Shown in pieces: positions 1 to 10,988 of a DNA stretch of 24,000 nt. The stretch is taken from positions 88,225 through 112,224 of the forward strand of contig CAKZOI010000035.1 of NCBI GenBank assembly GCA_937136395.1. The letters are read 5' to 3'. How positions within the stretch are numbered: position 1 is the first letter of the stretch; each line of letters opens with the position of its first letter. This DNA is from an uncultured Opitutia bacterium. Its GTDB lineage: Bacteria > Verrucomicrobiota > Verrucomicrobiia > Opitutales > Coraliomargaritaceae. The position numbers and the translations under genes are program-made. Below the pieces are notes generated by a model, which searched no databases, was not told the DNA's origin, and saw only the letters and a list, made by a program, of their open reading frames with translations.

Positions 1-979
1 TGTATTCGCTGAACTTCATACGGGCTAGGATCGTGTAGACGATCAAAGGCTTTGCCAGTAGCACAAAGAGGCTAAGTCCGACCGCCGCTGGCCAGATTGT
101 CGCCATTTCACCGAATTCCATTTTAATGCCGAGTGTGACGAGGAAGATTGCGATGAAGAAAGTCATGAGCGGATGCAGGCGCCGATGGAGGTCTTCATGT
201 ATCGGAAGTTGGGCAATGGCGATCCCCGCAAGGAAGGCGCCGATCTCGACCGACAGATGGAATTGATGTGCGAGGAGCACGACTAAGAAGCACCAGCAAA
301 GTGCCCAGATGAAGACCGTGTCTGGCGAACGCGATGCCCATGCGAAGGGCTTCGGTAGCACGTATCTTGAGGCCGCGAGGGAAACGATCAGTAAGACTGC
401 CATGCCACCAAACGCGAAGGCTAGGTTTTTAGCGAGCTGCACTAGTTCAATTGATTCACCGTCCCCGAGGCCGCTCAAGATCGTTAGACAGACGATGACG
501 ACAATGTCTTGCGCCAAAAAGAGCGAGATCGCAATTCGCCCATAGAGTCGATTCGTGGCACCTTTTTGATCCAAAAGCTTGATGACCACAACCGTGCTGC
601 TGAAGGTGACGGTAGCTCCCAAGAAAACGGATTCGATGACTCCGAAGCCCATCAGCTTTGCTACGGCAAAGCCGCCGACCGCAGTTAATAGCACCTGCAA
701 GCCTCCTAAAATTAGCGCTACCTTGCCGAGATCTTTGATTTTTTGTAGGCTTAATTCGATGCCGACTAGAAAGAGAAGTAGAGCGATTCCGAGCTCAGAG
801 ATGACTTCCAGAGAATGGTCTAGTTCGACCAGTCCGACTCCAGGTCCTAGCACCATGCCGGCTAGAATGTAGCTCACAATTGACGGCATCTTGACTAGCT
901 TTCCAAGGAAAGCGAAGCCTGCCGCCGTAATGACGATGAATCCAAGGTTGAGAAGTAGGTGTAGGTCGGGTGTCGGCAT
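1..979 (-). CDS. Cation:proton antiporter, CPA2/Kef-type membrane domain (partial; C-terminal part lies beyond the window start)
   Basis: I translated the minus strand from the ATG at 977-979: [86 protein letters not shown]... The frame stays open to position 1. It has many hydrophobic helices and the LLFLVGIEL and ILAGxxLGP motifs typical of Na+/H+ exchanger family proteins. It is absent from the ORF track because it has no stop codon in the window. Confidence 0.8.
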   Translation of the reverse strand, partial: MPTPDLHLLLNLGFIVITAAGFAFLGKLVKMPSIVSYILAGMVLGPGVGLVELDHSLEVISELGIALLLFLVGIELSLQKIKDLGKVALILGGLQVLLTAVGGFAVAKLMGFGVIESVFLGATVTFSSTVVVIKLLDQKGATNRLYGRIAISLFLAQDIVVIVCLTILSGLGDGESIELVQLAKNLAFAFGGMAVLLIVSLAASRYVLPKPFAWASRSPDTVFIWALCWCFLVVLLAHQFHLSVEIGAFLAGIAIAQLPIHEDLHRRLHPLMTFFIAIFLVTLGIKMEFGEMATIWPAAVGLSLFVLLAKPLIVYTILARMKFSEY

Positions 980-1075
980 TGCTCTCTGCTAGGGCGTGTC
1001 GATGATTAATTCAGCAGGTATCGCGCCGCGCGTAAACGGAAATGATTAAAGTCTTGTGATCTTTTGAGATCCGTG

Positions 1076-1142
1076 GGGGCTTCATTCATGAAGGCCACCG
1101 AGGAAGAGTCTTGCACGCTGCGGCCTTCATAAATGAAGCCCC
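1076..1142. repeat. Long inverted repeat (21-nt arms, 20/21 complementary, 25-nt spacer); each arm contains a CTTCAT-NN-ATGAAG palindrome
   Basis: Arm 1 is ggggcttcattcatgaaggcc (1076-1096) and arm 2 is ggccttcataaatgaagcccc (1122-1142). The repeat lies 5 nt downstream of the tlyA stop and about 100-165 nt upstream of the antiporter start. Confidence 0.75.
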
Positions 1143-1147
1143 TACGC

Positions 1148-1906
1148 TCAATAGCTTTCACGAACCAGCCCCATCAGAAACTCGCGGTTGCCGTCGGTGC
1201 CTTTGATCGGGGAATCCATGGTGCCGATCAACTGTGCGCCCGGCAGTTCTTTGAGTGCGAAGGCCTGAATGCTTTTAAGCACTCGCTCGTGGATTGCGTT
1301 ATCGCGGATGATTCCACGACCGGCGTCCACTTCGTGCTTTTGTGCCTCAAATTGCGGCTTAACAAGTGCTACGAGGCGCCCGCCTGGAGCCATGAACTGC
1401 CACATGGCGGGCAGGACCTTCGTGAGTGAGATAAAGGAAACGTCGGTAACGATAATCGGGTAGTCCTCGCGTGGGAGATCGCCTGGCTTTAAATGGCGAG
1501 CGTTGGTTTTTTCGATGTTGGTAACGCGCTCGTCTTGGATGAGTTTATTGTGCATTTGCGCACGACCGACATCCACACAAGTGGCGCTGATGGCTCCGCG
1601 TTGTAAGCAGCAGTCGGTAAAGCCGCCAGTGGAGGCGCCGATGTCGAGTATTGGCAAACCTTCAACTGAAATGTCGAATCGATCTAAAAAGCCCTCGAGC
1701 TTTTCGCCACCGCGACTCACGAATCTGGGGGGCGATTCTACATCGACAGCGCTATCGATCGGGAGACTGCGTCCGGGTTTGTCGAGCCGCTCGGTGCCGA
1801 GCTTTACTTTACCAGCAAGGATGAGCGCCTTAGCCCGTGAACGTGTGTCAGCGAGGCCGTTGGCAACCAGTAATTCATCTAGGCGGATTTTCTTAACGGA
1901 AGCCAT
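1148..1906 (-). CDS. tlyA: TlyA-family rRNA 2'-O-ribose methyltransferase / hemolysin-like protein (S4 domain plus FtsJ-like methyltransferase)
   Basis: 252 aa. The N-terminal S4-like region reads [27 protein letters not shown]. It is followed by [16 protein letters not shown] and the SAM-binding motif [19 protein letters not shown]. The start abuts the stop of the upstream mscS-like gene (1906/1907). Confidence 0.9.
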   Translation of the reverse strand: MASVKKIRLDELLVANGLADTRSRAKALILAGKVKLGTERLDKPGRSLPIDSAVDVESPPRFVSRGGEKLEGFLDRFDISVEGLPILDIGASTGGFTDCCLQRGAISATCVDVGRAQMHNKLIQDERVTNIEKTNARHLKPGDLPREDYPIIVTDVSFISLTKVLPAMWQFMAPGGRLVALVKPQFEAQKHEVDAGRGIIRDNAIHERVLKSIQAFALKELPGAQLIGTMDSPIKGTDGNREFLMGLVRESY

Positions 1907-3184
1907 CTATGAGAGTTCTGGATCAGGATTAGTGCGTTGAACGACATCGATGTCACTAGAGCGGATATGTAGGTCGCGCTGAGGGAAGGGTATTTCGATA
2001 TTATGTTCCTTAAATAGATCCCAAACTTTTAAAAGCACTTCGCTGCGCACGCTGCCGACACCATTTGACGGGTCCGCGATCCACATGCGTAGCTCCAAAT
2101 CCACTGAGCTATCTCCAAAACCAAGTAGTTGGCAGGCGGGAGGTGGGCTATTTAGCACTCGACTAGTGCCTTGGGCGGCGTCGAGGACGAGTTGAATGCA
2201 TTGATGCGGATCTGCGTTGTAAGAGACGCCGATAGGCACGCGCACACGCACTAGATTATCCGTGAAGGACCAATTGATCACTCGTTGAGTGATTAAATCT
2301 TCATTTGGGATCAAGTGCTCAGTGCCATCGCGAGTGATAACTGAGGCGTAGCGTGCGCGTAAATTATTAATCCATCCATAGGTGCCATCAATTTCGATTA
2401 CATCGCCTGGTTTGATCGAATTATCCATGAGCAGAATGATTCCGCTGACGAAATTCGACACCACTTTTTGCAGGCCGAAACCCAGACCGATGCCGATCGC
2501 ACCACCGAGAAAGGCAAATGCTGAAAGGTCGATGCCGATCGATCCGATCGCAGTGACGACGGCAACCGTTATCAGTATAATGCGGACGATCTTCGAAATC
2601 AGCACTTTTAGGGATCCACTCAATCGAGGGATCCGTTCTATTTGCGTTTCAGCGATTCGAGCAACCGCTAGACCAACCCACAAGGTCAATGCGAATGCGA
2701 TAATGCCAGCGAGAATTTTCCATGCCGAGATGGTCAGATCGCCCATCGTGAAGTGCATTTCATCCAGCAAGGTGATGCTGTCTTTGACTAGATCGAGACC
2801 GAAGAGACCTGTGAGCAGGTATGCAATCGCCGCGACCGATTGTGCCCAAAAGCGCTCTCGAAGGAGGCTTGTCAGTAGGCCAATGGCAATCCAGGTGGCA
2901 CCCAGGTAGGTGAAAAATCGCAGGATTGGGGTGTCTATGCCGATAATGAGCGAGAGTAACAAATAGACGGGCAATAGGGTGAGCCACTGTGCGACAAAAG
3001 CGGAGTTCGTTTGCAGCCAAAGCTTGGGCGTGAAATTGTCCCGTTCTTCAGGCCTATTTTTCTTGCCGAAAAGACGTCGATAAAGACTAAGCAAAAGCAA
3101 CACGATGAGGACTTGCCACAAGTCACCGATCTTAAAGCCACCTTCAGGAGCCAGTAGATCGCCCCAATTTTCCATAAATTCCAT
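1907..3184 (-). CDS. Mechanosensitive ion channel, MscS family
   Basis: 425 aa with several N-terminal TM helices. The conserved MscS core reads VVSNFVSGIILLMDNSIKPGDVIEIDGTYGWINNLRARYASVITRDGTEHLIPNEDLITQRVINWSF. Confidence 0.9.
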   Translation of the reverse strand: MEFMENWGDLLAPEGGFKIGDLWQVLIVLLLLSLYRRLFGKKNRPEERDNFTPKLWLQTNSAFVAQWLTLLPVYLLLSLIIGIDTPILRFFTYLGATWIAIGLLTSLLRERFWAQSVAAIAYLLTGLFGLDLVKDSITLLDEMHFTMGDLTISAWKILAGIIAFALTLWVGLAVARIAETQIERIPRLSGSLKVLISKIVRIILITVAVVTAIGSIGIDLSAFAFLGGAIGIGLGFGLQKVVSNFVSGIILLMDNSIKPGDVIEIDGTYGWINNLRARYASVITRDGTEHLIPNEDLITQRVINWSFTDNLVRVRVPIGVSYNADPHQCIQLVLDAAQGTSRVLNSPPPACQLLGFGDSSVDLELRMWIADPSNGVGSVRSEVLLKVWDLFKEHNIEIPFPQRDLHIRSSDIDVVQRTNPDPELS

Positions 3185-3259
3185 GGTGCTTAGTAAGTCG
3201 CGATAATTCGATGTCGCAATCTTTTTGCATATTTACAAATAGTCCTCATATTGACGCGA

Positions 3260-4678
3260 ATGCGCCATATCATTCTACCTATTGTTATTATTGCCTGTGT
3301 CTCTAGTCACACATCTGCTCAAAACCGGATCGGGACTGGAGAGGTTGATAAGCTATATAAGTCGACCTGTGCTAGTTGTCATGGTGAGGACCTTAAAGGT
3401 GGATTGGGCGGTTCATTACTGACGATCGATACATGGAAGCAGGTCGGTAAGACCACGAGTTTTTTGGACTATGTTAAAGAGGGTAACCTAGAGATGGGTA
3501 TGCCAGCATTTGGAGGCGCTTTGTCCGACCCGCAAATTCGGTCGCTCGAAATCTATATTGATGAAATGCGCCAAAGCGCCGCCCGTGATGGTGCCACTTT
3601 GGTTGAGGCGCACGATGGAGTGTATTCGGCAGGTGGATACCAGTTTACGGTAGAGACGATTGTTGCTGAAACAAACAAGCCATGGTCGATTGCGTTTTTG
3701 CTCGATGGTAACGCGCTCGTTGCCGATCGTGATGGGGACTTACAGGTTTTGAAGGATGGCCAGTTGTCAAAACCAATAGCAAATACACCAGAGGTCTGGG
3801 CGAGAGGGCAGGGTGGCTTGCTCGAAGTCGCGCTGCATCCAGAGTATGCGAAGAATGGTTGGGTCTATCTATCCTTTTCCGAAAGTGGCGGTAAAGTGGC
3901 TGGAAAAGTCGCGGGTATGACAAAGGTCGTTCGCGGACGTATCGTCAATCATGAATGGACTGATCAAGAAGTGTTGTTTGAAACGCCACTTAAGTTCCAT
4001 CGCTCCTCTGGGGCGCATTTTGGTTCACGTTTTGTCTTCAAAGATGGCTATCTCTTTTTTGGTATTGGCGACCGTGGTGCCCAAGATATGGCGCAAGATC
4101 TCAACGCTCCGAATGGCAAGATTCATCGTATTCACGACGATGGGCGAGTGCCGAAGGATAACCCGTTTGTAGATGTCCCAAATGCCTATCCGACAATTTG
4201 GACCTACGGAAATCGCAATCCGCAAGGCTTAGACCTGCATCCTGCCACTGGTGAACTTTGGGAGTCCGAGCACGGTCCCCGCGGTGGTGATGAGATCAAT
4301 GTCATCGAGCGTGAGAACAATTACGGTTGGCCGGTCATCACCTACGGTATGAACTATAATGGCAAGCCGATCACGGCGATTACTGAGAAGGAGGGTATGG
4401 AGCAACCGAAGCATTATTGGACGCCTTCGATCGCTGTTTGTGGCATCGACTTTTACGAGGGTGACGTTTTCTCAGACTGGCAAAATGACTTACTCGTAGC
4501 TGGGTTGGCTTCTCAGGAGTTACACCGTTTGGAGGTAGAAGATGGCAAGGTCTTAAGCGATCAGATCATTCTGCATGGTATCGGTCGTATACGTGACGTG
4601 GCAAGTGGACCTGATGGGTTCATCTATCTCTTGCTTGATCGCCCTGGGAAAATAGTGCGCTTAGTCCCAGTTCAATAG
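3260..4678 (+). CDS. PQQ-dependent (soluble glucose/sorbosone dehydrogenase-type, GSDH beta-propeller) dehydrogenase with an N-terminal c-type cytochrome domain and signal peptide
   Basis: The heme-binding motif CASCHG lies near the N-terminus, after a signal-like MRHIILPIVIIACVSSHTSAQ. GSDH-family motifs follow: NGKIHRIHDDGRVPKDNPF, YGNRNPQGL, HGPRGGDEIN and NYGWP. The track ORF begins at a TTG at 3251. I prefer the ATG at 3260. Confidence 0.85.
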   Translation: MRHIILPIVIIACVSSHTSAQNRIGTGEVDKLYKSTCASCHGEDLKGGLGGSLLTIDTWKQVGKTTSFLDYVKEGNLEMGMPAFGGALSDPQIRSLEIYIDEMRQSAARDGATLVEAHDGVYSAGGYQFTVETIVAETNKPWSIAFLLDGNALVADRDGDLQVLKDGQLSKPIANTPEVWARGQGGLLEVALHPEYAKNGWVYLSFSESGGKVAGKVAGMTKVVRGRIVNHEWTDQEVLFETPLKFHRSSGAHFGSRFVFKDGYLFFGIGDRGAQDMAQDLNAPNGKIHRIHDDGRVPKDNPFVDVPNAYPTIWTYGNRNPQGLDLHPATGELWESEHGPRGGDEINVIERENNYGWPVITYGMNYNGKPITAITEKEGMEQPKHYWTPSIAVCGIDFYEGDVFSDWQNDLLVAGLASQELHRLEVEDGKVLSDQIILHGIGRIRDVASGPDGFIYLLLDRPGKIVRLVPVQ

Positions 4679-4694
4679 ATCGATTGTTATTAAT

Positions 4695-5552
4695 ATGCAT
4701 TTGCGAGCGACGGTTGCGTTCGATGCGGAGTCACTGTTGCGGGCGCAAGCCTTGGCGGATCGTTTTGATGTGCCCTGCTTAGATGCGCGGCATTTAGATA
4801 CCTTGAAGCCACGTGCGATCCATCGATTGGTTGCCGATAATGTTGATGAATTAGAGCAAGATGGCGTCTTCGTGTGCGCTCAAGATGGTGTGCGACTATT
4901 GTCCGGTGGCGATCAGGACGGACTGATGATTCAAGCGGATTTCGTAGGTGCCACGGTATCGTATCGACGCGAAAAAGGAGGTGGGCGTCGCCAAATGATC
5001 GCCAAAGCGATGGGACTGAAGTCTGGAGTTTTTCCGCATGTTTTGGACGCCACTGCAGGCCTGGGAGGCGATGCATTTGTTCTCGCGAGCCTTGGATGTC
5101 GACTTACTTTGCTGGAACGTTCACCAATTGTCCGTGCACTTTTGGCAGAGGGCTTAAGCCATGGCTTAAGGGTCGCAGAAGAGACGGACCCTGAGCTTTC
5201 GAAGATTCTTAGCGCGATGTCGTTACACGAAGCCGATGCGTCGACACATCTTGACCAACTTGAAGGAGCCGCCTGCCCTGATGTCGTATATCTCGATCCC
5301 ATGTTTCCAGAACGCTCTAAAAGCGCACTCGTAAAAAAGGAGATGCGGGTATTCCACCGTCTCGTTGGCGAAGATGCCGACGCCGGTGCCTTATTGCCCT
5401 TGGCATTGAGTAAAGCTCGCTATCGTGTGGTAGTGAAACGGCCTCGATTGGCGCCCTTTTTAAACGAAACGAAGCCCAGCCATAGTTTAACGGGTAAGCG
5501 TAATCGTTTTGATGTCTACGTTCTGAAGGGCATGCCTGACAGGCTCGGCTAA
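4695..5552 (+). CDS. rsmJ: 16S rRNA (guanine1516-N2)-methyltransferase RsmJ-like class I SAM methyltransferase
   Basis: 285 aa. Motifs [31 protein letters not shown] and [21 protein letters not shown] match the RsmJ/YhiQ signature as I recall it. Confidence 0.8.
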   Translation: MHLRATVAFDAESLLRAQALADRFDVPCLDARHLDTLKPRAIHRLVADNVDELEQDGVFVCAQDGVRLLSGGDQDGLMIQADFVGATVSYRREKGGGRRQMIAKAMGLKSGVFPHVLDATAGLGGDAFVLASLGCRLTLLERSPIVRALLAEGLSHGLRVAEETDPELSKILSAMSLHEADASTHLDQLEGAACPDVVYLDPMFPERSKSALVKKEMRVFHRLVGEDADAGALLPLALSKARYRVVVKRPRLAPFLNETKPSHSLTGKRNRFDVYVLKGMPDRLG

Positions 5553-5706
5553 GTCGACTTTATCATGCGCGTCATTCGTGACTGTGGCGTCTACACTTGA
5601 ACATTGCTTAACAATAAATTTTTCCAGATTTTGGAGGGACGTCCATTCCGTCACTTTTTTCGGCGCTGCTGTTGACCTTCTCACGTTTTTGCTTGGGATG
5701 CTGCAT

Positions 5707-6822
5707 ATGGAACCAAATTTTACAAAACTAGCTGGTGTGTTGACCGCGTTCTCTACCAATTTGCAAAAAGGTGAGCGGGTGCTGATTGATGCCTTCGATA
5801 TCCCAGAAGCGATGGTTGTGGCACTTGTGCGTGCGGCTCGCGACCGGGGCGCAATTCCATTTGTGAATATTCAGCGTGCTCGTGTGAGCCGTGAGCTAGT
5901 CAACGATATAGATGCTGATCAGTTTGAGACGCAGGCCACTTGGGAGCTCGCGCGTATGCAGAAGATGGATGCCTATATCGCGGTGCGCGGTTCAGATAAT
6001 ATTTTTGAGATGTCCGACGTTGACCCTGTTAAAGTGAGCCGTGTGATGCGGGCGATGAAGGAAGTGCTCGATTACCGTGTAAACAAAACCAAGTGGGTGA
6101 TCTTACGTTGGCCGACGCCTGCGATGGCACAGCAAGCAATGATGAGCACCGAAAGCTTTGAAGACTTTTTCTTTCGAGTATGCACGCAGGACTACGCTCG
6201 TATGACTGAAGGTATGCAAGCTCTTGAAGACTTGATGTCGCAGACAGATCGAGTAGAACTCAAGGGGCCGAAGACCGATCTGCGTTTTTCGATCAAAGGC
6301 ATCGGAGCGGTTGCCTGCGGTGGTAAGCATAACATCCCCGACGGTGAGGTGTTTTCTTGCCCAGTTCGTGACTCTGTCGAAGGTGAGATCACCTACAACG
6401 CACCGACGATCTACCAAGGCGTTTCTTTCGATAATATCCATCTCAAGTTTGAGAAAGGGAAGATTGTTCACGCCGAGAGTTCCAACACAAAACGTTTGAA
6501 CGAGATCCTTAATTCCGACGAGGGGGCACGCTTTATCGGTGAGTTTGCAATTGGCTTTAACCCACATGTGCTCGAGCCGATGCGCGATATACTATTCGAC
6601 GAGAAAATCGCGGGTTCTTTCCACTTCACACCCGGGCAAGCTTATGAGGAAGCCGACAATGGTAACCGTTCTCAAGTCCATTGGGACATGGTGCAGATCC
6701 AGCGCCCTGAATATGGCGGCGGTGAAGTCTGGTTTGATGGTGAGTTGATCCGCAAGGATGGCCTCTTCGTAAAGGAATCACTTAAGAAATTGAATCCTGA
6801 CTACTTGCTCGGTGGTGAGTAA
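5707..6822 (+). CDS. Aminopeptidase, M29 (AmpS/PepS thermophilic metalloprotease) family
   Basis: The sequence from [49 protein letters not shown] through [19 protein letters not shown] and SQVHWDMV resembles M29 aminopeptidases. The track ORF starts at 5578, but its first 43 codons look non-protein-like. I prefer the ATG at 5707. Confidence 0.8.
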   Translation: MEPNFTKLAGVLTAFSTNLQKGERVLIDAFDIPEAMVVALVRAARDRGAIPFVNIQRARVSRELVNDIDADQFETQATWELARMQKMDAYIAVRGSDNIFEMSDVDPVKVSRVMRAMKEVLDYRVNKTKWVILRWPTPAMAQQAMMSTESFEDFFFRVCTQDYARMTEGMQALEDLMSQTDRVELKGPKTDLRFSIKGIGAVACGGKHNIPDGEVFSCPVRDSVEGEITYNAPTIYQGVSFDNIHLKFEKGKIVHAESSNTKRLNEILNSDEGARFIGEFAIGFNPHVLEPMRDILFDEKIAGSFHFTPGQAYEEADNGNRSQVHWDMVQIQRPEYGGGEVWFDGELIRKDGLFVKESLKKLNPDYLLGGE

Positions 6823-7981
6823 GCCTCAGAGTCTAACGAATCACCCAAAACTGGGCGTGTATGTTCACGTTCCCTTCTGTGCATCGACTTGTGATTTCTG
6901 TGCCTTTTATCAAGAAAAACCACGACGTGGCGACCTTGACCGTTACCTCATGGGCATGGATGCCGAGTTTGCGCTATTACCGCAGGACCGGCGAGTGGAC
7001 ACTGTTTTCTGGGGTGGTGGCACGCCAGGTTTACTCGCTGCGAAAGACTTGGAGCGACTGGGTCAATCCATGCTCGAGCATTTAGTCGAGCCGCCAAAAG
7101 AGTGGACGATAGAGATGGCTCCCTCCACTGTGAAGGAGGACAAGCTCGAAGTTCTCAAGGAGCTCGGTGTGACACGTGTTTCGATGGGTGTGCAAAGTTT
7201 TGATGCAGACTTATTGGAGTCCCTAGGGCGCTTGCACCGGCCGAATCAAATCTACACAGCATGGGAGCGCTTGAAGGCCGCAGACTTTCCGCAGACCAAT
7301 CTCGACCTTATGTTCGCGATTCCTAATCAATCATTGGAGCAGTGGGAAGCCGCTATTTATGAAGCCGCCCGTTTAGGCCCCACGCATTTGTCGACTTACT
7401 GCCTCACCTTCGAAGAAGATACCGCTCTCTATGTAAAACTCTCCGAGGGTAAAGTCTCGATCGATGAAGAGCGCGAGCGACGCTTTTATGAACGCGGTTG
7501 GGAGTTATTAGCCGAGCTCGGCTACGCACAATATGAAGTCTCCAATTTTTCAAAGCCTGGAGCTGAGTGTGTCCATAATGTGAATACATGGCGTATGCAG
7601 GAGTGGATCGGTTGCGGTCCTTCGGCTGCCAGCCAATATCAAGGTGAGCGCTATCAACGGCCAGCCAATCTTGATGAATGGGGAGCCTCTATGGAGTCGG
7701 GCCAACCTGCTAAGACCGAACGAGTCGAGCTGGATGCGTCGATTCTCTTTGCCGATGCACTCGTATTTGGGCTGCGAATGAATACTGGCTGCAATTTAGA
7801 TATGATTCGCGATCAGTTCCACGCCCCTGAAGTCTTGCAGTCAATAGAGACCTTATTGAAGCGCCTTGAAGTAGAAGGTCTACTCCTGCGAAAGGGTGCC
7901 AACATACAGCTCACGCATAAAGGTCGCCTCGTCTGCGACGCCATAGGCAGCTCTATCTTGCAAGCCGTTGATGAAGCTTGA
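6812..7981 (+). CDS. hemW: Radical SAM heme chaperone HemW (oxygen-independent coproporphyrinogen III oxidase-like, HemN family)
   Basis: The CxxxCxxC radical SAM motif sits in [16 protein letters not shown], followed by FWGGGTP and the HemN C-terminal domain. The GTG start at 6812 overlaps the aminopeptidase stop (6820-6822), which suggests translational coupling. Confidence 0.9.
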   Translation: MVSKPQSLTNHPKLGVYVHVPFCASTCDFCAFYQEKPRRGDLDRYLMGMDAEFALLPQDRRVDTVFWGGGTPGLLAAKDLERLGQSMLEHLVEPPKEWTIEMAPSTVKEDKLEVLKELGVTRVSMGVQSFDADLLESLGRLHRPNQIYTAWERLKAADFPQTNLDLMFAIPNQSLEQWEAAIYEAARLGPTHLSTYCLTFEEDTALYVKLSEGKVSIDEERERRFYERGWELLAELGYAQYEVSNFSKPGAECVHNVNTWRMQEWIGCGPSAASQYQGERYQRPANLDEWGASMESGQPAKTERVELDASILFADALVFGLRMNTGCNLDMIRDQFHAPEVLQSIETLLKRLEVEGLLLRKGANIQLTHKGRLVCDAIGSSILQAVDEA

Positions 7982-8011
7982 GTAGACTTGACCTCACATT
8001 GGCGACATGAC

Positions 8012-8485
8012 TCAGAGCGAATCGATGGAGCTGTCGGCTGAGCTTTGTGCGATCGGTTTTGCGCAGACAATGCGCCAGTCGCCGTTTTCAGTCTGCCCAA
8101 TTGTGAATAGGCTGGTTAAGTCGTCTTCGACGTTATAGTAGACACGCATTCTGTAGCCAGGTTCTAGGCTTGGACCGTATTGGACACCATTGTGTGTGTA
8201 GTCTATAGATTCCTCTGGCGCGTTTGTCAGGGGTTCGAAACTGATCGCTTTGATTGGTAAACCGAGCTCGTTGTTGAGCGCACTCTTTAGGAGTGTCAGT
8301 GTCGCAGCGTCACAGCCTTCAGTATGGTAGAGTGAAAGTAGGGGTTGGATGGTCGCTGCGTTATTAGCAGCTTTGAATTCGTCGCGGAGAGTTTCGAGTG
8401 CTTCGCTATAGTCAGCTTTGGGTGCGCACGCACTGACGAGGGCAATTGTTAAGATGATGCCTATTTTATGAGCGATATGGCGCAT
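8012..8485 (-). CDS. Hypothetical lipoprotein
   Basis: From the ATG at 8483-8485 the protein reads MRHIAHKIGIILTIALVSACAPKADY. This looks like a signal peptide plus a lipobox-like LVSAC. I recognise no family. The track ORF extends to 8548, but the extra 21 codons precede the signal peptide. Confidence 0.55.
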   Translation of the reverse strand: MRHIAHKIGIILTIALVSACAPKADYSEALETLRDEFKAANNAATIQPLLSLYHTEGCDAATLTLLKSALNNELGLPIKAISFEPLTNAPEESIDYTHNGVQYGPSLEPGYRMRVYYNVEDDLTSLFTIGQTENGDWRIVCAKPIAQSSADSSIDSL

Positions 8486-8570
8486 TCGATTTATAAAAAT
8501 CCCTGCTATGACCCGCCTGCTATGGGGTTTACGCACTGCGGTCGTCACGAGTGGCGGCCCTAGGATTTGG

Positions 8571-9125
8571 CTACTTCGTGTGGTCGTCGGTTTCGATCAT
8601 TTCGTCGCCTGCGTCAATCGGGTCGTCGTAGGCATCTAGTGTTGGGTCTTCAAGTTGTTTCACTGTGTTGGATTGATCGATCCGTCCACTTTTGAAACCA
8701 GTGGCTGTGATGTTGATATAGCCCAGGTTTTCGATGCCTAAATTCTCACTGAGCGCATGGCGCAGGTGCGATTGCAGAGTGTCTTCGATCTCACGGAGGC
8801 GGCCTCCAGCGAGTAGCTTTATGCTGACGTCGAGATTGGTGACCTTACGTTTGCTGACTAGCTTAACTCGCGGTTTGGAGACATTGTTAAGTTGTTCGCA
8901 GGAGGTTTGAACGAGTTCGACAATGGCTGAACGGCTGACCATGACGTGCCCGTTCTCAGTGGCATATGCGAGCACTTTGTTGGGCTGACGACGTAGCCGT
9001 AAGACAAGCAGGAATCCTAGCAGGAGGACCAAAATGACAACGCATCCGATGGCCATGGGTGGGGCATCTGTCAGTTTCTGTATGAACTCTGATAAGGTTG
9101 AGGAAGTCGTGCTTGAAGAATTCAT
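8571..9125 (-). CDS. Membrane-anchored Asp23-like protein, AmaP-like (alkaline shock response membrane anchor-like)
   Basis: 184 aa with one N-terminal TM helix ([21 protein letters not shown]). An Asp23-like pattern follows ([29 protein letters not shown]...[11 protein letters not shown]...[18 protein letters not shown]) and then an acidic tail. It lies directly downstream of an Asp23-family gene. The assignment rests on architecture and context only. Confidence 0.45.
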   Translation of the reverse strand: MNSSSTTSSTLSEFIQKLTDAPPMAIGCVVILVLLLGFLLVLRLRRQPNKVLAYATENGHVMVSRSAIVELVQTSCEQLNNVSKPRVKLVSKRKVTNLDVSIKLLAGGRLREIEDTLQSHLRHALSENLGIENLGYINITATGFKSGRIDQSNTVKQLEDPTLDAYDDPIDAGDEMIETDDHTK

Positions 9126-9147
9126 GGAAGCTTAGGAGGGGGCCGAT

Positions 9148-9588
9148 TTAGTCTGTATGTGGCTGGTGGTCCCAGTCGTCTTTCGCTTCCTCTTCGTTTG
9201 TGCGGACGCCGTCGATGACTACGTTCACGCAGGCGACGTTTTTGCTAGTCATTTTCTCAACTTGTTCGGCGACGCGTTCTTGGATTTGAGTCGCAACAGT
9301 GGCGAGCTCGACGCCGAAGCGAAGGATGACGCGAATTTCGATTTGGTAGTCGCCCACTTCGTCTTGGTCGACGCGGGCACCACGTTCATCACCTTTCTTG
9401 GCTTTGAAGATGTCGGCAATGCCGTCGACAAAGCCGCCGCCAACTGCGGAAACACCGGAAACTTCAAGTGCGGCGAGGCGCACGATGCTGGCAACCACGC
9501 TGTGGTTGATGCGAATTTCTCCAAGGGTATTGGAGTCCTCAGACATTGTTGGGATTGTTGATTCGTCGTTTTCAGATGAATGGCTCAT
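9148..9588 (-). CDS. Asp23/Gls24-family envelope stress response protein
   Basis: 146 aa. The core [29 protein letters not shown]...[48 protein letters not shown] is typical of Asp23 (DUF322). An alternative start is the ATG at 9546. Confidence 0.85.
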   Translation of the reverse strand: MSHSSENDESTIPTMSEDSNTLGEIRINHSVVASIVRLAALEVSGVSAVGGGFVDGIADIFKAKKGDERGARVDQDEVGDYQIEIRVILRFGVELATVATQIQERVAEQVEKMTSKNVACVNVVIDGVRTNEEEAKDDWDHQPHTD

Positions 9589-9614
9589 AATCTTAGTGTG
9601 CTTATGGGATCGGT

Positions 9615-10979
9615 TTAGGTGTAAAGGTCTTCAGGGACGCGTTCGATGAATTCTTCGATATACTTCGTTGTGGCTTTACCCTCGCGGAAGATGGGGTCGC
9701 GAATGATTGCGCGCGAGAAAGGAATATTGGTTTTGATGCCTCGGATGATGTATTCGCCGAGTGCGCGATCCATGCGGTCCATTGCGAGTTCACGGGTCTT
9801 GCCGAAGGTCATGACTTTGGCGATCATACTGTCATAGTATGGTGGGATGGTATAGCCGCCATAACAGTGAGAGTCGATACGCACGCCGTGGCCACCAGGA
9901 GCATAGTAGAGTGAGATTTCTCCGGGGCAGGGGGCAAAGTTGCGGCCTGGGTCTTCAGCGCAAACACGGCATTCGATGCAGTGCTTGGTGATTTTAATGT
10001 CTTTTTGCTGGTAGCTAAGCTTTTGACCGCTGGCTACAAGTAGTTGCTCTTTAACAAGGTCGACACCGGTAACTTCTTCGGTGACGCCGTGCTCGACTTG
10101 AATACGGGTATTCATCTCGATGAAAAAGTAATCGCCATTGCCGTCGACGAGGAACTCTACGGTGCCAGCGCCTTCGTAATTGACTGATTTTGCGAGTTTG
10201 ACCGCATCTTCACCCATTTTTTTACGAATCTTATCGGAAATGAACGGTGAGGGCGCTTCTTCGATCACTTTTTGGTGACGGCGCTGGATCGAGCAGTCTC
10301 GTTCACCAAGGTGAATCACGTTGCCGTGTTGATCGCCCATGAGCTGGATTTCGATGTGGCGTGGTGCCTCAAGGAAGCGCTCCAGGTAAACCGCGCCGTT
10401 GCCAAATGCTTTTTCGGCTTCGTTACGGGCATTGTTATATTCTTTGACGAATGCGACAGCGTTGTTTGCGGTGCGCATACCTTTGCCACCGCCGCCAGCG
10501 ACTGCTTTAATGATTACCGGAAAACCGATTTTCTTAGCGGTTTCAATAGCGTCTGTTTCGTTATCAACGGTGCCATCACTTCCAGGAATGACGGGAACGT
10601 TTGCCTTAACCGCCATGTCACGAGCCTTTGCTTTGTCGCCAAAATTGATGATGGCTTCAGGGCCGGGGCCGATAAACTTGATATTGCACTTAGCGCATTG
10701 TTCAGCGAAATCAGCATTTTCTGCAAGAAAGCCGTAGCCAGGGTGGATGGCATCGACATCCGCGATTTCGGCGGCTGCAATAATACGATCAGCTTTCAGG
10801 TAACTAAGGTTGCCGGCTGGTGGGCCGATGCAAATCGCTTCGTCCGCGAGTTGCACGTGAAGTGATTGCTCGTCGGCCTCGGAGTAAACGGCGAGCGTTT
10901 TGATTCCAAGTTCGTTACAAGCACGGACGATGCGGAGCGCAATTTCGCCCCGATTTGCGATAAGAACTTTTTTAATCAT
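9615..10979 (-). CDS. accC: Acetyl-CoA carboxylase, biotin carboxylase subunit
   Basis: 454 aa. It begins [36 protein letters not shown], carries the ATP-grasp motifs GGGGKGMR and [14 protein letters not shown], and has a full-length AccC architecture. Confidence 0.97.
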   Translation of the reverse strand: MIKKVLIANRGEIALRIVRACNELGIKTLAVYSEADEQSLHVQLADEAICIGPPAGNLSYLKADRIIAAAEIADVDAIHPGYGFLAENADFAEQCAKCNIKFIGPGPEAIINFGDKAKARDMAVKANVPVIPGSDGTVDNETDAIETAKKIGFPVIIKAVAGGGGKGMRTANNAVAFVKEYNNARNEAEKAFGNGAVYLERFLEAPRHIEIQLMGDQHGNVIHLGERDCSIQRRHQKVIEEAPSPFISDKIRKKMGEDAVKLAKSVNYEGAGTVEFLVDGNGDYFFIEMNTRIQVEHGVTEEVTGVDLVKEQLLVASGQKLSYQQKDIKITKHCIECRVCAEDPGRNFAPCPGEISLYYAPGGHGVRIDSHCYGGYTIPPYYDSMIAKVMTFGKTRELAMDRMDRALGEYIIRGIKTNIPFSRAIIRDPIFREGKATTKYIEEFIERVPEDLYT

Positions 10980-10988
10980 TCAGAAAAC

